The translations under genes were made by a program, and so were the position numbers. Of a stretch of 64,000 bases of DNA, positions 18,721-26,539 are shown piece after piece. Positions within the stretch are counted from its first letter, which is position 1; every line of letters starts with the position of its first letter. A model generated the notes under the pieces. It did not search any database and was not told the DNA's origin. It saw only the letters and a list, made by a program, of their open reading frames with translations. Where the stretch lies: the sequence record PP885733.1. The stretch is one strand, 5' to 3'.

Positions 18721-19127
18721 TGGAAAAGTTTCTCGATGTTGTCGTGGTCGATGATTACAAAGAAGGGACTGTCGTAAAGTCCAGACCTATGTTGGTGAAT
18801 ATCAAGAATATCGCCAAGGTCAAAACTTCTCAGTACATCGGCTGTTGTGTTGTTGCGACTGATGATGAGAAGAGTTACGTAGTACAGGGCGACTATTCGT
18901 ATATCCGTCAGCGTATCGACGATCTGAAACATACGGATGTTCGCAACTGTTATGTATTCAAGAGTGGGCCGAGTACTCACTATGTTCCACTAGACTCGGT
19001 TTCTGATATCCGTGTCGGTGAGAACAATGTGGTATCTCTGGTTGTCAAAACTGGCGATGTACTTTACACCGGTATGACTTTCGTCGATCTGCGTAAAACT
19101 ATCATCGACATTAACTTCGGGGGTTAA
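18720..19127 (+). CDS. Hypothetical protein with two FlbD-like domains
   Basis: PMLVNIKNIAKV...TDDEKSYVVQGDYSYIRQRI and a second copy YVPLDSVSDI...LVVKTGDVLYTGMTFVDLRKTI. Confidence 0.75.
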   Translation: MEKFLDVVVVDDYKEGTVVKSRPMLVNIKNIAKVKTSQYIGCCVVATDDEKSYVVQGDYSYIRQRIDDLKHTDVRNCYVFKSGPSTHYVPLDSVSDIRVGENNVVSLVVKTGDVLYTGMTFVDLRKTIIDINFGG

Positions 19128-19498
19128 TGATGGCTCATTATCTTGAGATTCATTCCGTACCAAAAGCCCGTATCCAGGGTGTGAAAGTTCTGTCATTCGT
19201 TGATGTCGATTTCAAAGATGAGATGTCTCCTCACTTTGAAACTGAACGTACTTTCATGAACGATACCGTTCGTCAGTATTTCGGTGCTGATCATGAAGAC
19301 GACTGGGATGCAGATTACTTTGTACTCCGGGAAGATGATGCCCTCTATCTGATCAAAGATATTGAAGCGCTTTATAAAGAGCCAGATGTCGATCAGGAAG
19401 AGGTTGAGCTTATCGCTCGTTTAATCTCCGTGCTGGAATTCGTACAAAGCGATTTCGGTAACGCAACCCACGGCTACGTGATTAGCTGGAGTAAATAA
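19127..19498 (+). CDS. Hypothetical acidic protein
   Basis: Translationally coupled ORF, 123 aa. Confidence 0.75.
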   Translation: MMAHYLEIHSVPKARIQGVKVLSFVDVDFKDEMSPHFETERTFMNDTVRQYFGADHEDDWDADYFVLREDDALYLIKDIEALYKEPDVDQEEVELIARLISVLEFVQSDFGNATHGYVISWSK

Positions 19499-19500
19499 CC

Positions 19501-19722
19501 ATGCCAAAGATCACCATCAATCTAAACGGATCTGTCCATAAACAACCTAGCGTCGAAATTGACGTTAAGGATATCGTTTGGATCTCCGGTAAAACAAACC
19601 GTCCGGGCTGCACTGTAACTCTGACATTGGGCCGTGTGCTTAAGAGCACTGACGACTCTACTGAACTGCGTAAAGCAATGGACGCAGCCAAAGCTGCTGA
19701 CGACACTCCTCAACGAGGTTAA
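19501..19722 (+). CDS. Small FlbD-like protein
   Basis: VEIDVKDIVWI...CTVTLTLGRVL; GGAG RBS. Confidence 0.7.
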   Translation: MPKITINLNGSVHKQPSVEIDVKDIVWISGKTNRPGCTVTLTLGRVLKSTDDSTELRKAMDAAKAADDTPQRG

Positions 19723-19723
19723 C

Positions 19724-19891
19724 ATGAAAGGTGTGAGTAGACGCTCATTACTGCTGTTTGTGGTGGGCAAATCTTTCACACCTAAAGCAGTGGTTCAAGA
19801 TGTAATCATTTCAACTGTAACAAAGGCTGTAGTTGGGCCAGAGCTAGAATTCCTAGCATCACTTAGAAAGAGGTTTAATTATGCAAAGTAA
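19724..19891 (+). CDS. Small hypothetical protein (55 aa)
   Basis: ATG after GAGG fills the gap between 19722 and 19881. Confidence 0.45.
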   Translation: MKGVSRRSLLLFVVGKSFTPKAVVQDVIISTVTKAVVGPELEFLASLRKRFNYAK

Positions 19892-20651
19892 AAATAAAGA
19901 CTGGTTTAAGTTCGATACGTACTGGCGTCAATGGTATCGCGTAATTCTCCGTAGCGGTGGTGACTTCATTTACGAGGTGTCCATCCTACTCACTCCGTTA
20001 AATGGCGGCGACGGTGAGTGGTTCAATATCAAAGATGTTCTGATTCAGAAACGCAATATGAACTATTGCTCTGGGAACATCAAGAGTGTTTGGACCCATG
20101 AACTTCCTCAAGAGGTCTACGAGCAACTGGAGAAGCGTTTCTCCAAAGATCGACTCAATACCTTACTTCACGCCGATCTCTATCCACTGATCGATTGGCG
20201 TCGTTATGACGAGGTTGCTGAGAAGCAGGTTCCACTGGAAGATTGTATTCGCCAGTTCGATGCAACTTATCAGGACGTGACCATCCTGAAAGAAGGCAGT
20301 GGGGAGCAGTTCCTATCTTCCCCTCAGTTCAAGGAACGCTTCCAGCTGGATATCCGTGAAGGCTATCAGTTGCTGGGTGGCTATCATGAAGGTCGTGATA
20401 AAACAGATGTCCTGGTTTACCTGACTTATGACATGACATCTGGGAAGGTCATTCTGGATGCTCGTACTTCTTCTGAAAACCATGACAGCATCGTGCGTTT
20501 CCAATGTCACCGTGTTAAATCATGGCAGGAAGAATTCTACAGCGGCATCAAGAAGCTAACTGCTCTGGGCAATATCAATGAAGAATGTGTCCACGACCTG
20601 CACTTGATGATTGACCGCTCTGCAGTTTACATTTCCCAAATTAACCAGTAA
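19881..20651 (+). CDS. Hypothetical protein (256 aa)
   Basis: Long ORF in the operon with GAGG RBS; no recognised motif. Confidence 0.8.
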   Translation: MQSKNKDWFKFDTYWRQWYRVILRSGGDFIYEVSILLTPLNGGDGEWFNIKDVLIQKRNMNYCSGNIKSVWTHELPQEVYEQLEKRFSKDRLNTLLHADLYPLIDWRRYDEVAEKQVPLEDCIRQFDATYQDVTILKEGSGEQFLSSPQFKERFQLDIREGYQLLGGYHEGRDKTDVLVYLTYDMTSGKVILDARTSSENHDSIVRFQCHRVKSWQEEFYSGIKKLTALGNINEECVHDLHLMIDRSAVYISQINQ

Positions 20652-20660
20652 GGAAAAAGA

Positions 20661-21104
20661 ATGTCCCGTTACATTGGCATTAATGGCGTAGTAGTAAAGC
20701 AACCGCATCATAACAACATCATCCCTATCACTGCGGTACTGTTTACTGACCCTACCGATATTCACTTCCATCCGGGTTTCACCATCAACACCAATGGCGA
20801 TGCTCCGATTCCGGTTACTGGTGAATTCCAGTATCTTCAGGAGATCGTTGGTGATTATCAACCTCGTAAAGGTGGTGGCCAGGATGGCGAGGATATTAAG
20901 GACATTCTGAGTAAGCTTGACTGGACCGGTTATGCTTACATCTATAACGATGGGCAGATGTTGGAAACCCCTCGTTTACTTCTGGTTTCTAATCCATGCT
21001 GTATCGAAGAAGGTACTGGCTGGCGTGAAATCTCCACTGCTAAGCTGAAAGAAATGCTTAACGCTGACTTCGTAACTAAAGGTAAACCTGAACTATGGAA
21101 ATAA
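20661..21104 (+). CDS. Hypothetical protein
   Basis: AAGGA RBS; 147 aa. Confidence 0.8.
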   Translation: MSRYIGINGVVVKQPHHNNIIPITAVLFTDPTDIHFHPGFTINTNGDAPIPVTGEFQYLQEIVGDYQPRKGGGQDGEDIKDILSKLDWTGYAYIYNDGQMLETPRLLLVSNPCCIEEGTGWREISTAKLKEMLNADFVTKGKPELWK

Positions 21105-21562
21105 AATATCTGTACGGCCACATGTGGGCTGTTGAAGAAGGTAAGGAAGACGAGAAGCCGAACTGGAGCCTCGAGGACGCCGTCTTCTTAACCAGGAAGA
21201 CCGATGTGTTCCAACACGCTGACATGCGCTCTAAAGTCGGCATAGGCGTTCTGTGGGGTGGTTTCGCTAAGCGTTTCCGTAAGCCTGACGATATTCACTT
21301 CTATGGTGAATCGGTATCCTGCGGCGTGGAAACTCCTGAAGAAGGTGAAGGGCTGGAGCGTCTGAAGAAAGCCTACTTCGAAGGCGAGTTCTGGAAAACA
21401 GAAATCAAAGGACATGGTAGTTCTGTCCATACTGTTTTCGCTCTGGTACCGAAGGGTTATTACCCAACCGGTAAATGGATGGAAATCAACTGGGAGAAAT
21501 CTTCTCATGCCGAAATGCGCGAAATCATCGAAGCAGAAGCCAAAGCCGCGTGCGGTTGGTAA
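21095..21562 (+). CDS. Hypothetical protein
   Basis: 155 aa, overlaps the upstream stop; phage-typical codon usage. Confidence 0.8.
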   Translation: MEIKYLYGHMWAVEEGKEDEKPNWSLEDAVFLTRKTDVFQHADMRSKVGIGVLWGGFAKRFRKPDDIHFYGESVSCGVETPEEGEGLERLKKAYFEGEFWKTEIKGHGSSVHTVFALVPKGYYPTGKWMEINWEKSSHAEMREIIEAEAKAACGW

Positions 21563-21590
21563 TCATCCTCAGAAAGGTAAGTTAGGTGAC

Positions 21591-21695
21591 ATGGGTGATG
21601 ATCCACGTTACTATAACAAACCTGTTATGAACCGTAGCTCTGTGAACATTGCGGTTGCTATGGCGTTAGTTGGTAATGCCATGCTGGCGAAATAA
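21591..21695 (+). CDS. Possible 34-aa peptide
   Basis: ATG after AGGTG (MGDDPRYYNKPVMNRSSVNIAVAMALVGNAMLAK); ends just before the hairpin. Confidence 0.35.
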   Translation: MGDDPRYYNKPVMNRSSVNIAVAMALVGNAMLAK

Positions 21696-21700
21696 ACAAA

Positions 21701-21742
21701 CATATTCCCCTACCCCTCCGTTTGGAGTGGGTAGGGGTTATG
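21701..21742. repeat. CATA-CCCCTACCCCTCC hairpin-TATG element, copy 1 (bidirectional terminator-like)
   Basis: CATATTCCCCTACCCCTCC-GTTT-GGAGTGGGTAGGGGTTATG between convergent genes; near-identical copies at 41291, 45673 and 53163. Confidence 0.8.
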
Positions 21743-21757
21743 CTTTATCTTTTCTTT

Positions 21758-22381
21758 TTAGACAATAGCTTTCAGATCTTCAATGAAATACATATCGCCA
21801 GTTACAGGATCGATGTTGATAGACTCAACACGGAAAGTCCCGGAGGCTTTGGTGGTTGGATCCATCTGTCCTGCTGCATCGCTTGCTACTTTATCCCAGT
21901 AGATATCTTCCATGACATTCATGACTTCATCTGGGTTTGCATTTGCTGCGTTGATAACGACACCGTAGCGTTCAGAGTCATGCAGGTAAACTAACCCACG
22001 ACCCTGACTACCGTCTTTAACTGCAGCCACTAATGTTGCAACATCAATGTACTCAGTTGGGACGACAGTGAACTCTTCGAAGATATCGGCAATGCTGACT
22101 TTATCTACAGAGATATCAGCACGCAGGAAACCGGTTTTGCGGGAAACGAAACAAGCACGGACAATGCCATTACTCATTCCGACTGGAGGTTCGATGATAA
22201 CATCCTGCCAGGTCAGACCTTCATACCGACGTTTGGCCAACGCCAGTTCATTTGCAGCTGACTCACCCTGGGCTTCCAGCTGAGCAATGCGCTCGGTCAT
22301 AAACTTTTTGGCGGACAAGAACACAGGGTCTTTAACCCTTTTGCTGTTTGTACCAGTTACTGTGATCATATTTATACCCAT
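21758..22381 (-). CDS. Stand-alone member of the virion-protein N-terminal-domain family
   Basis: KKFMTERIAQLE...RYEGL...RKTGFLRADI closely matches the giant ORF N-terminus (RKFLTERIAQLE...RYESL...RKTGFARADI). Alternative start at 22369. Confidence 0.8.
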   Translation of the reverse strand: MGINMITVTGTNSKRVKDPVFLSAKKFMTERIAQLEAQGESAANELALAKRRYEGLTWQDVIIEPPVGMSNGIVRACFVSRKTGFLRADISVDKVSIADIFEEFTVVPTEYIDVATLVAAVKDGSQGRGLVYLHDSERYGVVINAANANPDEVMNVMEDIYWDKVASDAAGQMDPTTKASGTFRVESINIDPVTGDMYFIEDLKAIV

Positions 22382-22443
22382 GGAGGAACTTGCTAAGGAA
22401 ACTCAATCTCAAACGATTCTTTAGTTCAAGAAGCTCGAATAAT

Positions 22444-22467
22444 TTATAGGCAGATATTATCCTATTG
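22444..22467 (+). promoter_or_regulatory. Early-type promoter
   Basis: TTATAGGCAG-ATATTATC-CTAT-TG upstream of 22502. Confidence 0.7.
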
Positions 22468-22501
22468 ACATACCATACACGTATTTTAAAGAGGCACTAT
22501 A

Positions 22502-22939
22502 ATGGAACATCCAGTAGACAATCAAAAAGCAATTGACACCGTTGATCAGAACCCAAGCCTTGCAGCTCGTATGATCTTCCGTGATCGTGCTGGGTTAGAA
22601 GCCAGTCCTGGGTATCAGAAATGTTTGGCGAAGTTAAAGCAATACGAAGAAGATATCGTTGCTTTCAAATTCGGTCTGGAAGTCGATAAATTCAGTACCA
22701 GAGGTTTGGGTATCTGGAAATATCCGATGTGGCGTTTCAATAAACTGATCATTGACAGGTTCGTTATTCCTGAACATCTGAACTGGATCACTAAACTGAA
22801 AGAAGTCATGGTATTACCGGTCGGTTTCCGCGTCGGTTTCCTGATGGATGAATTGGCGGCATACGAGAAGAAGAACGAAAAGCTTTTCACAGTGTGTACT
22901 AGACAGTACAAAAACCGCCAGGTAGTAATGGGGGCATAA
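22502..22939 (+). CDS. Hypothetical protein
   Basis: GAGG RBS. Shares a RGxG...WRFN motif with 23327. Confidence 0.8.
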   Translation: MEHPVDNQKAIDTVDQNPSLAARMIFRDRAGLEASPGYQKCLAKLKQYEEDIVAFKFGLEVDKFSTRGLGIWKYPMWRFNKLIIDRFVIPEHLNWITKLKEVMVLPVGFRVGFLMDELAAYEKKNEKLFTVCTRQYKNRQVVMGA

Positions 22940-22941
22940 CC

Positions 22942-23325
22942 ATGAACAAACCAACAATGCCTATAGATATAGATATTCGCAGTCAGATGGCACAAACTGC
23001 CCGCATTCGTATTTGTCAATCCAGAATAGAAAGACTTGAACATTACGTTCGTCTGGTGAAGCATGGGCTGATGTTACGCAAGCGGGAAATACGTTGGTGG
23101 AACATTGCTGGCAGGTTGGGGAATATCCTCTATACCCAAAGCTGCAATAAGGTCATGGTTCCAGAAGTAGCAAAAATCGTTAAACAATATCGCCTCGCTA
23201 TGAGCGCGCCTTTCGATCAGCCATTCAAGCAAGCAGAGTTAATGTACGATAACTTCTGCAAAGATCACAAGAGATCAATGGCTGTCTTTAACCAAAAACA
23301 AGATGTGGATACAATGGAGATGTAA
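22942..23325 (+). CDS. Hypothetical basic protein
   Basis: Packed in the operon, 127 aa. Confidence 0.7.
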   Translation: MNKPTMPIDIDIRSQMAQTARIRICQSRIERLEHYVRLVKHGLMLRKREIRWWNIAGRLGNILYTQSCNKVMVPEVAKIVKQYRLAMSAPFDQPFKQAELMYDNFCKDHKRSMAVFNQKQDVDTMEM

Positions 23326-23326
23326 A

Positions 23327-23692
23327 ATGGATTCCAGAGTTGCATTGTGCATGACCGTTCATGAAGATATGTTGAAGACACTGGTTCGGGCTAAACACGA
23401 CTTCAAATCAGTTCGTGGGTTTGGTGTGTTTATATTCCCCAACATGTTTAAACTCTGGCGCTTCAACCAAGTTATTCGTGGATGGAAGAAAGCCTGGACC
23501 TTCGACGATAAGTATCTGCAAGAGCTTATCAAGGATGGTAAAGATATTCCAGAGATGGCGGAAGTGATTAACGAGATGAATGATTTACTTGTTAACTACA
23601 AAAACGATATAGTAGGTGTTCTCTCTTACGCATATGGTAAAGAGACCGCTATCGACTTTTACAATATCTTCTCTTATGGGGGACGTGTATGA
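23327..23692 (+). CDS. Hypothetical protein
   Basis: ATG at 23327 after GGAG (MDSRVALC). Confidence 0.75.
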   Translation: MDSRVALCMTVHEDMLKTLVRAKHDFKSVRGFGVFIFPNMFKLWRFNQVIRGWKKAWTFDDKYLQELIKDGKDIPEMAEVINEMNDLLVNYKNDIVGVLSYAYGKETAIDFYNIFSYGGRV

Positions 23693-24207
23693 ATCACGTT
23701 TTATGGGCTGATCTGCACATCGATCATTTATCGAGTGCAAAGCACCGGGGCTTTGAGACTCTTAAGGATTATCAAGAGTGTGTGGCCGAAGCCTGGTGTA
23801 AGAATGTTACTCCACGTACCGACATCACGATCGTAGGTGATGCAGCGTTGTATAATGATGGACTCCTGTTCATCAAGAAACTTCCTGCTCGTCGCAAGAT
23901 CCTGGTATTGGGTAATCACGATAAAGAACGCGGGAATGACATTCGTGACATTCTCGAAGTGTTCGACGATGTTCATGGTCTGCAGAAAGTAGACAAGCAT
24001 CGTATCTGGATCCAGCACTGTCCGATGCACATCTCGCAATTGCGTGGTGGTCGGAACATCCATGGACACAGTCATCGCGACATCATCAAAGATGAGCGCT
24101 ACATCAACGTTTGCTGGGATCTTCTTCAGAACGGTCCAGTGGACTTTGAAGCCATCCTCACTGGGGAGTATAAATCCTATCGTGCGCCGGAAACCAATGT
24201 CGCGTAA
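23689..24207 (+). CDS. Calcineurin-like metallophosphoesterase
   Basis: DLHIDH, VGD, LGNHD, HCP and IHGHSH motifs. Confidence 0.9.
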   Translation: MNHVLWADLHIDHLSSAKHRGFETLKDYQECVAEAWCKNVTPRTDITIVGDAALYNDGLLFIKKLPARRKILVLGNHDKERGNDIRDILEVFDDVHGLQKVDKHRIWIQHCPMHISQLRGGRNIHGHSHRDIIKDERYINVCWDLLQNGPVDFEAILTGEYKSYRAPETNVA

Positions 24208-24448
24208 GGAAATAGGGGTCATGTTCTGGGATTCACTCATGACCCTGCTAGAGTCAGCCATCGCCAGGATGTTTCTCTTGGCGGTGTTCTGTACACTGAT
24301 CAATCTATTCGGACCGGCTATATTAAAGTCGGATAAAGCTGTGAGTGTATTCTGGAAAATTGAGATTTATTTATCGCTGACCTGGATAGTCTTATTGGTT
24401 GGTAAAGTAGCTGTTTGTCATTATTTAGAAAAAGGAAAGAAGCAATGA
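24197..24448 (+). CDS. Membrane protein (two TM segments)
   Basis: MSRKEIGVMFW... with hydrophobic segments. Confidence 0.6.
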   Translation: MSRKEIGVMFWDSLMTLLESAIARMFLLAVFCTLINLFGPAILKSDKAVSVFWKIEIYLSLTWIVLLVGKVAVCHYLEKGKKQ

Positions 24449-24732
24449 AAGCGATTCACTATCTGGTTCAAACTGTACGTGTGCTGATCTGTCTGTTATT
24501 CATTCTGTATGTAACAGTTGATCTGTACTTCGACTATCTGCCGTGGTTGGTCGATACCATCGAAGGTTATCGTCAGCCGATCTGGATGTTGGTCTTCCTG
24601 GAAGCGGGTTTCTCATTCGGTAAAGGTTATCAAAGCTGGCGTTGTCGCAAGCTGTGTCGTCACTTCTGTCCGAAGTGCGATCCGAAGCGTACCAACTTTG
24701 ACAAGATCCAATCGGGAGCTCGTAATAAATGA
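24445..24732 (+). CDS. Membrane protein with Cys-rich C-terminus
   Basis: Two hydrophobic segments followed by CRKLCRHFCPKCDPK; AAGGA RBS. Confidence 0.7.
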   Translation: MKAIHYLVQTVRVLICLLFILYVTVDLYFDYLPWLVDTIEGYRQPIWMLVFLEAGFSFGKGYQSWRCRKLCRHFCPKCDPKRTNFDKIQSGARNK

Positions 24733-25919
24733 ATGTGCAGAATCGTTACGAGAAGTGGTACATTGAACAGATGAACCGCATTATCAAAGAAGGGCAGTTC
24801 CGTGGTGATCGCACTGGGACAGGCGTATATTCGTTACCGTTCCTGAACTACACTCATGACTTGCGGGAATCTTATCCGCTGATGTCGAGCCGTGAGTTCA
24901 TCTTTGATCAACCTATCACCGAAATAATCTGGATGATGTCGGGTAGTTCCAATATCCAATATCTGAAAGACAACGGCTGTCCGTTCTGGAACTTCTTTGC
25001 TACCGATGGTGAAACCAAAGTTCCTCGTCAACTGACTCGCGCGCAGCGTATTCAGATCTATGCCGATATGAAAGGCGTTCCTTACATGCAAGCATTGGTT
25101 GCTTTCAGTCAGGAAACCTTTGAAGCGGCGGACGCAATTCTGGACAAACACAAAGTTCCTAACATGCAGGATGAAATTGTTCCTGCTGGTGAGCTTGGTC
25201 CGGTGTATGGTGTACAGTGGCGTAACTGGCCGAATGCGGATGGTACAACGTTCGATCAGCTGACTTACGCATTGAACACTTTGCGTGAAGATCCGAACAA
25301 CCGTCGCATCGTGGTGGATTGCTGGAACCCAAGCTTCCTGCCTAATCCGAAGAAGGCGCCTAAGCAGAATGCTGCTGAAGGTAAGATGGCACTCACTCCG
25401 TGTCATTTTGCTTTCGGTTTCTATACTGCTGAGATTCCTTTGTACAAACGTATCGAGGGTATTCTGGGTAAAGTGGAAACTGATGAACTCAGAGAACTGT
25501 ATCCGATCCGCATAACTCCGGAACGTGAAGCAAAGTTCGAACAGGTTCTCGCTGAGCACAATGCTCCAAAATACTACCTGGACATCAACTTCGTTATGCG
25601 CAGTAATGACTGGGTTCTCGGTCAACCTGCCAACATGAACATGTATTCAGCCATGCTGATGATGTTCGCTAACGAGCTGAACATGGTACCACGTTTCGTC
25701 AACTACACTGGTTGGGACTGTCATGTGTACAGTAACCATCTGGATGGCGTTGCTGAAATCAATCGTCGCTGGGAAACCGGTGAACATAAACACGCAACTC
25801 ACAAAGTTGAGCTGGTTAATGCCGGCGCACCAAAAGGGTTGTTCAACTATCATAAGTCTGATTTCCGCATTTCTAACTACATGCCGGAAGGAAAGATTAA
25901 ATTCCCAATTGCGGTTTAA
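24729..25919 (+). CDS. thyA: Thymidylate synthase (with two insertions)
   Basis: DRTGTG, ELGPVYGVQWRNW, NRRIVV, LTPCH, RSNDWVLGQPAN and HVYSNH motifs. Confidence 0.95.
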   Translation: MNVQNRYEKWYIEQMNRIIKEGQFRGDRTGTGVYSLPFLNYTHDLRESYPLMSSREFIFDQPITEIIWMMSGSSNIQYLKDNGCPFWNFFATDGETKVPRQLTRAQRIQIYADMKGVPYMQALVAFSQETFEAADAILDKHKVPNMQDEIVPAGELGPVYGVQWRNWPNADGTTFDQLTYALNTLREDPNNRRIVVDCWNPSFLPNPKKAPKQNAAEGKMALTPCHFAFGFYTAEIPLYKRIEGILGKVETDELRELYPIRITPEREAKFEQVLAEHNAPKYYLDINFVMRSNDWVLGQPANMNMYSAMLMMFANELNMVPRFVNYTGWDCHVYSNHLDGVAEINRRWETGEHKHATHKVELVNAGAPKGLFNYHKSDFRISNYMPEGKIKFPIAV

Positions 25920-25934
25920 CCGCAGAGGTTTAAC

Positions 25935-26303
25935 ATGGATAATGCAAAGTTCTTTGAATGCGGCGTAAGTGTACTGGATATGGTTTACGACGCACTGACC
26001 GGTAACAAGGTTCCACAAACTCTGTACCGGACTTCAATCAACGGCGCACCTACTGCCATCCTGGTCAGCGAGTTATTGGACTCAACCGTCGCAGTGGGTA
26101 AACGCAATAATCTTTCTTTCATGGCGACACTCGTCGAAGGTAAGACTCGCATCTATTATAATCATGAATGTGATCTCATTACCAAGGACTTTGACAGCAA
26201 AACTGTCTCGGCGTTCCTGTCGCATAGCGGTACTGTGAAGATGGTATCGGATACCAGTAAGGATAGCTTTATCGACCAACTCGTTGGCACTGTGCTGGCA
26301 TAA
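25935..26303 (+). CDS. Hypothetical protein
   Basis: GAGG RBS, 122 aa. Confidence 0.75.
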   Translation: MDNAKFFECGVSVLDMVYDALTGNKVPQTLYRTSINGAPTAILVSELLDSTVAVGKRNNLSFMATLVEGKTRIYYNHECDLITKDFDSKTVSAFLSHSGTVKMVSDTSKDSFIDQLVGTVLA

Positions 26304-26308
26304 TAAAA

Positions 26309-26338
26309 TAGCTGGGGATCCGAAAGGGTCCCTGGCTA
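26309..26338 (+). terminator. Stem-loop with GAAA loop
   Basis: TAGCTGGGGATCC-GAAA-GGGTCCCTGGCTA. No clear U-tract, so it could be a processing or stability hairpin. Confidence 0.45.
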
Positions 26339-26351
26339 GGAGATAATAACT

Positions 26352-26537
26352 ATGAACATCGCTTTGATTGTACCCTCTGTAGCTGTATTCCTCGGAATTA
26401 TCTTTACCCTTCAGGACTGGACTCCTAAACACGGCGTACTCGCTTTAGTGAAACGCTCTGTTAAAACGTCTGCCATTATCTTTGTCATCAGTGTTGTGCT
26501 GCTGGCAATTCTTCTTAACCAAACCAAAGGGTTCTAA
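26352..26537 (+). CDS. Small membrane protein (two TM segments)
   Basis: AGGAG RBS; hydrophobic 61 aa. Confidence 0.75.
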   Translation: MNIALIVPSVAVFLGIIFTLQDWTPKHGVLALVKRSVKTSAIIFVISVVLLAILLNQTKGF

Positions 26538-26539
26538 CC

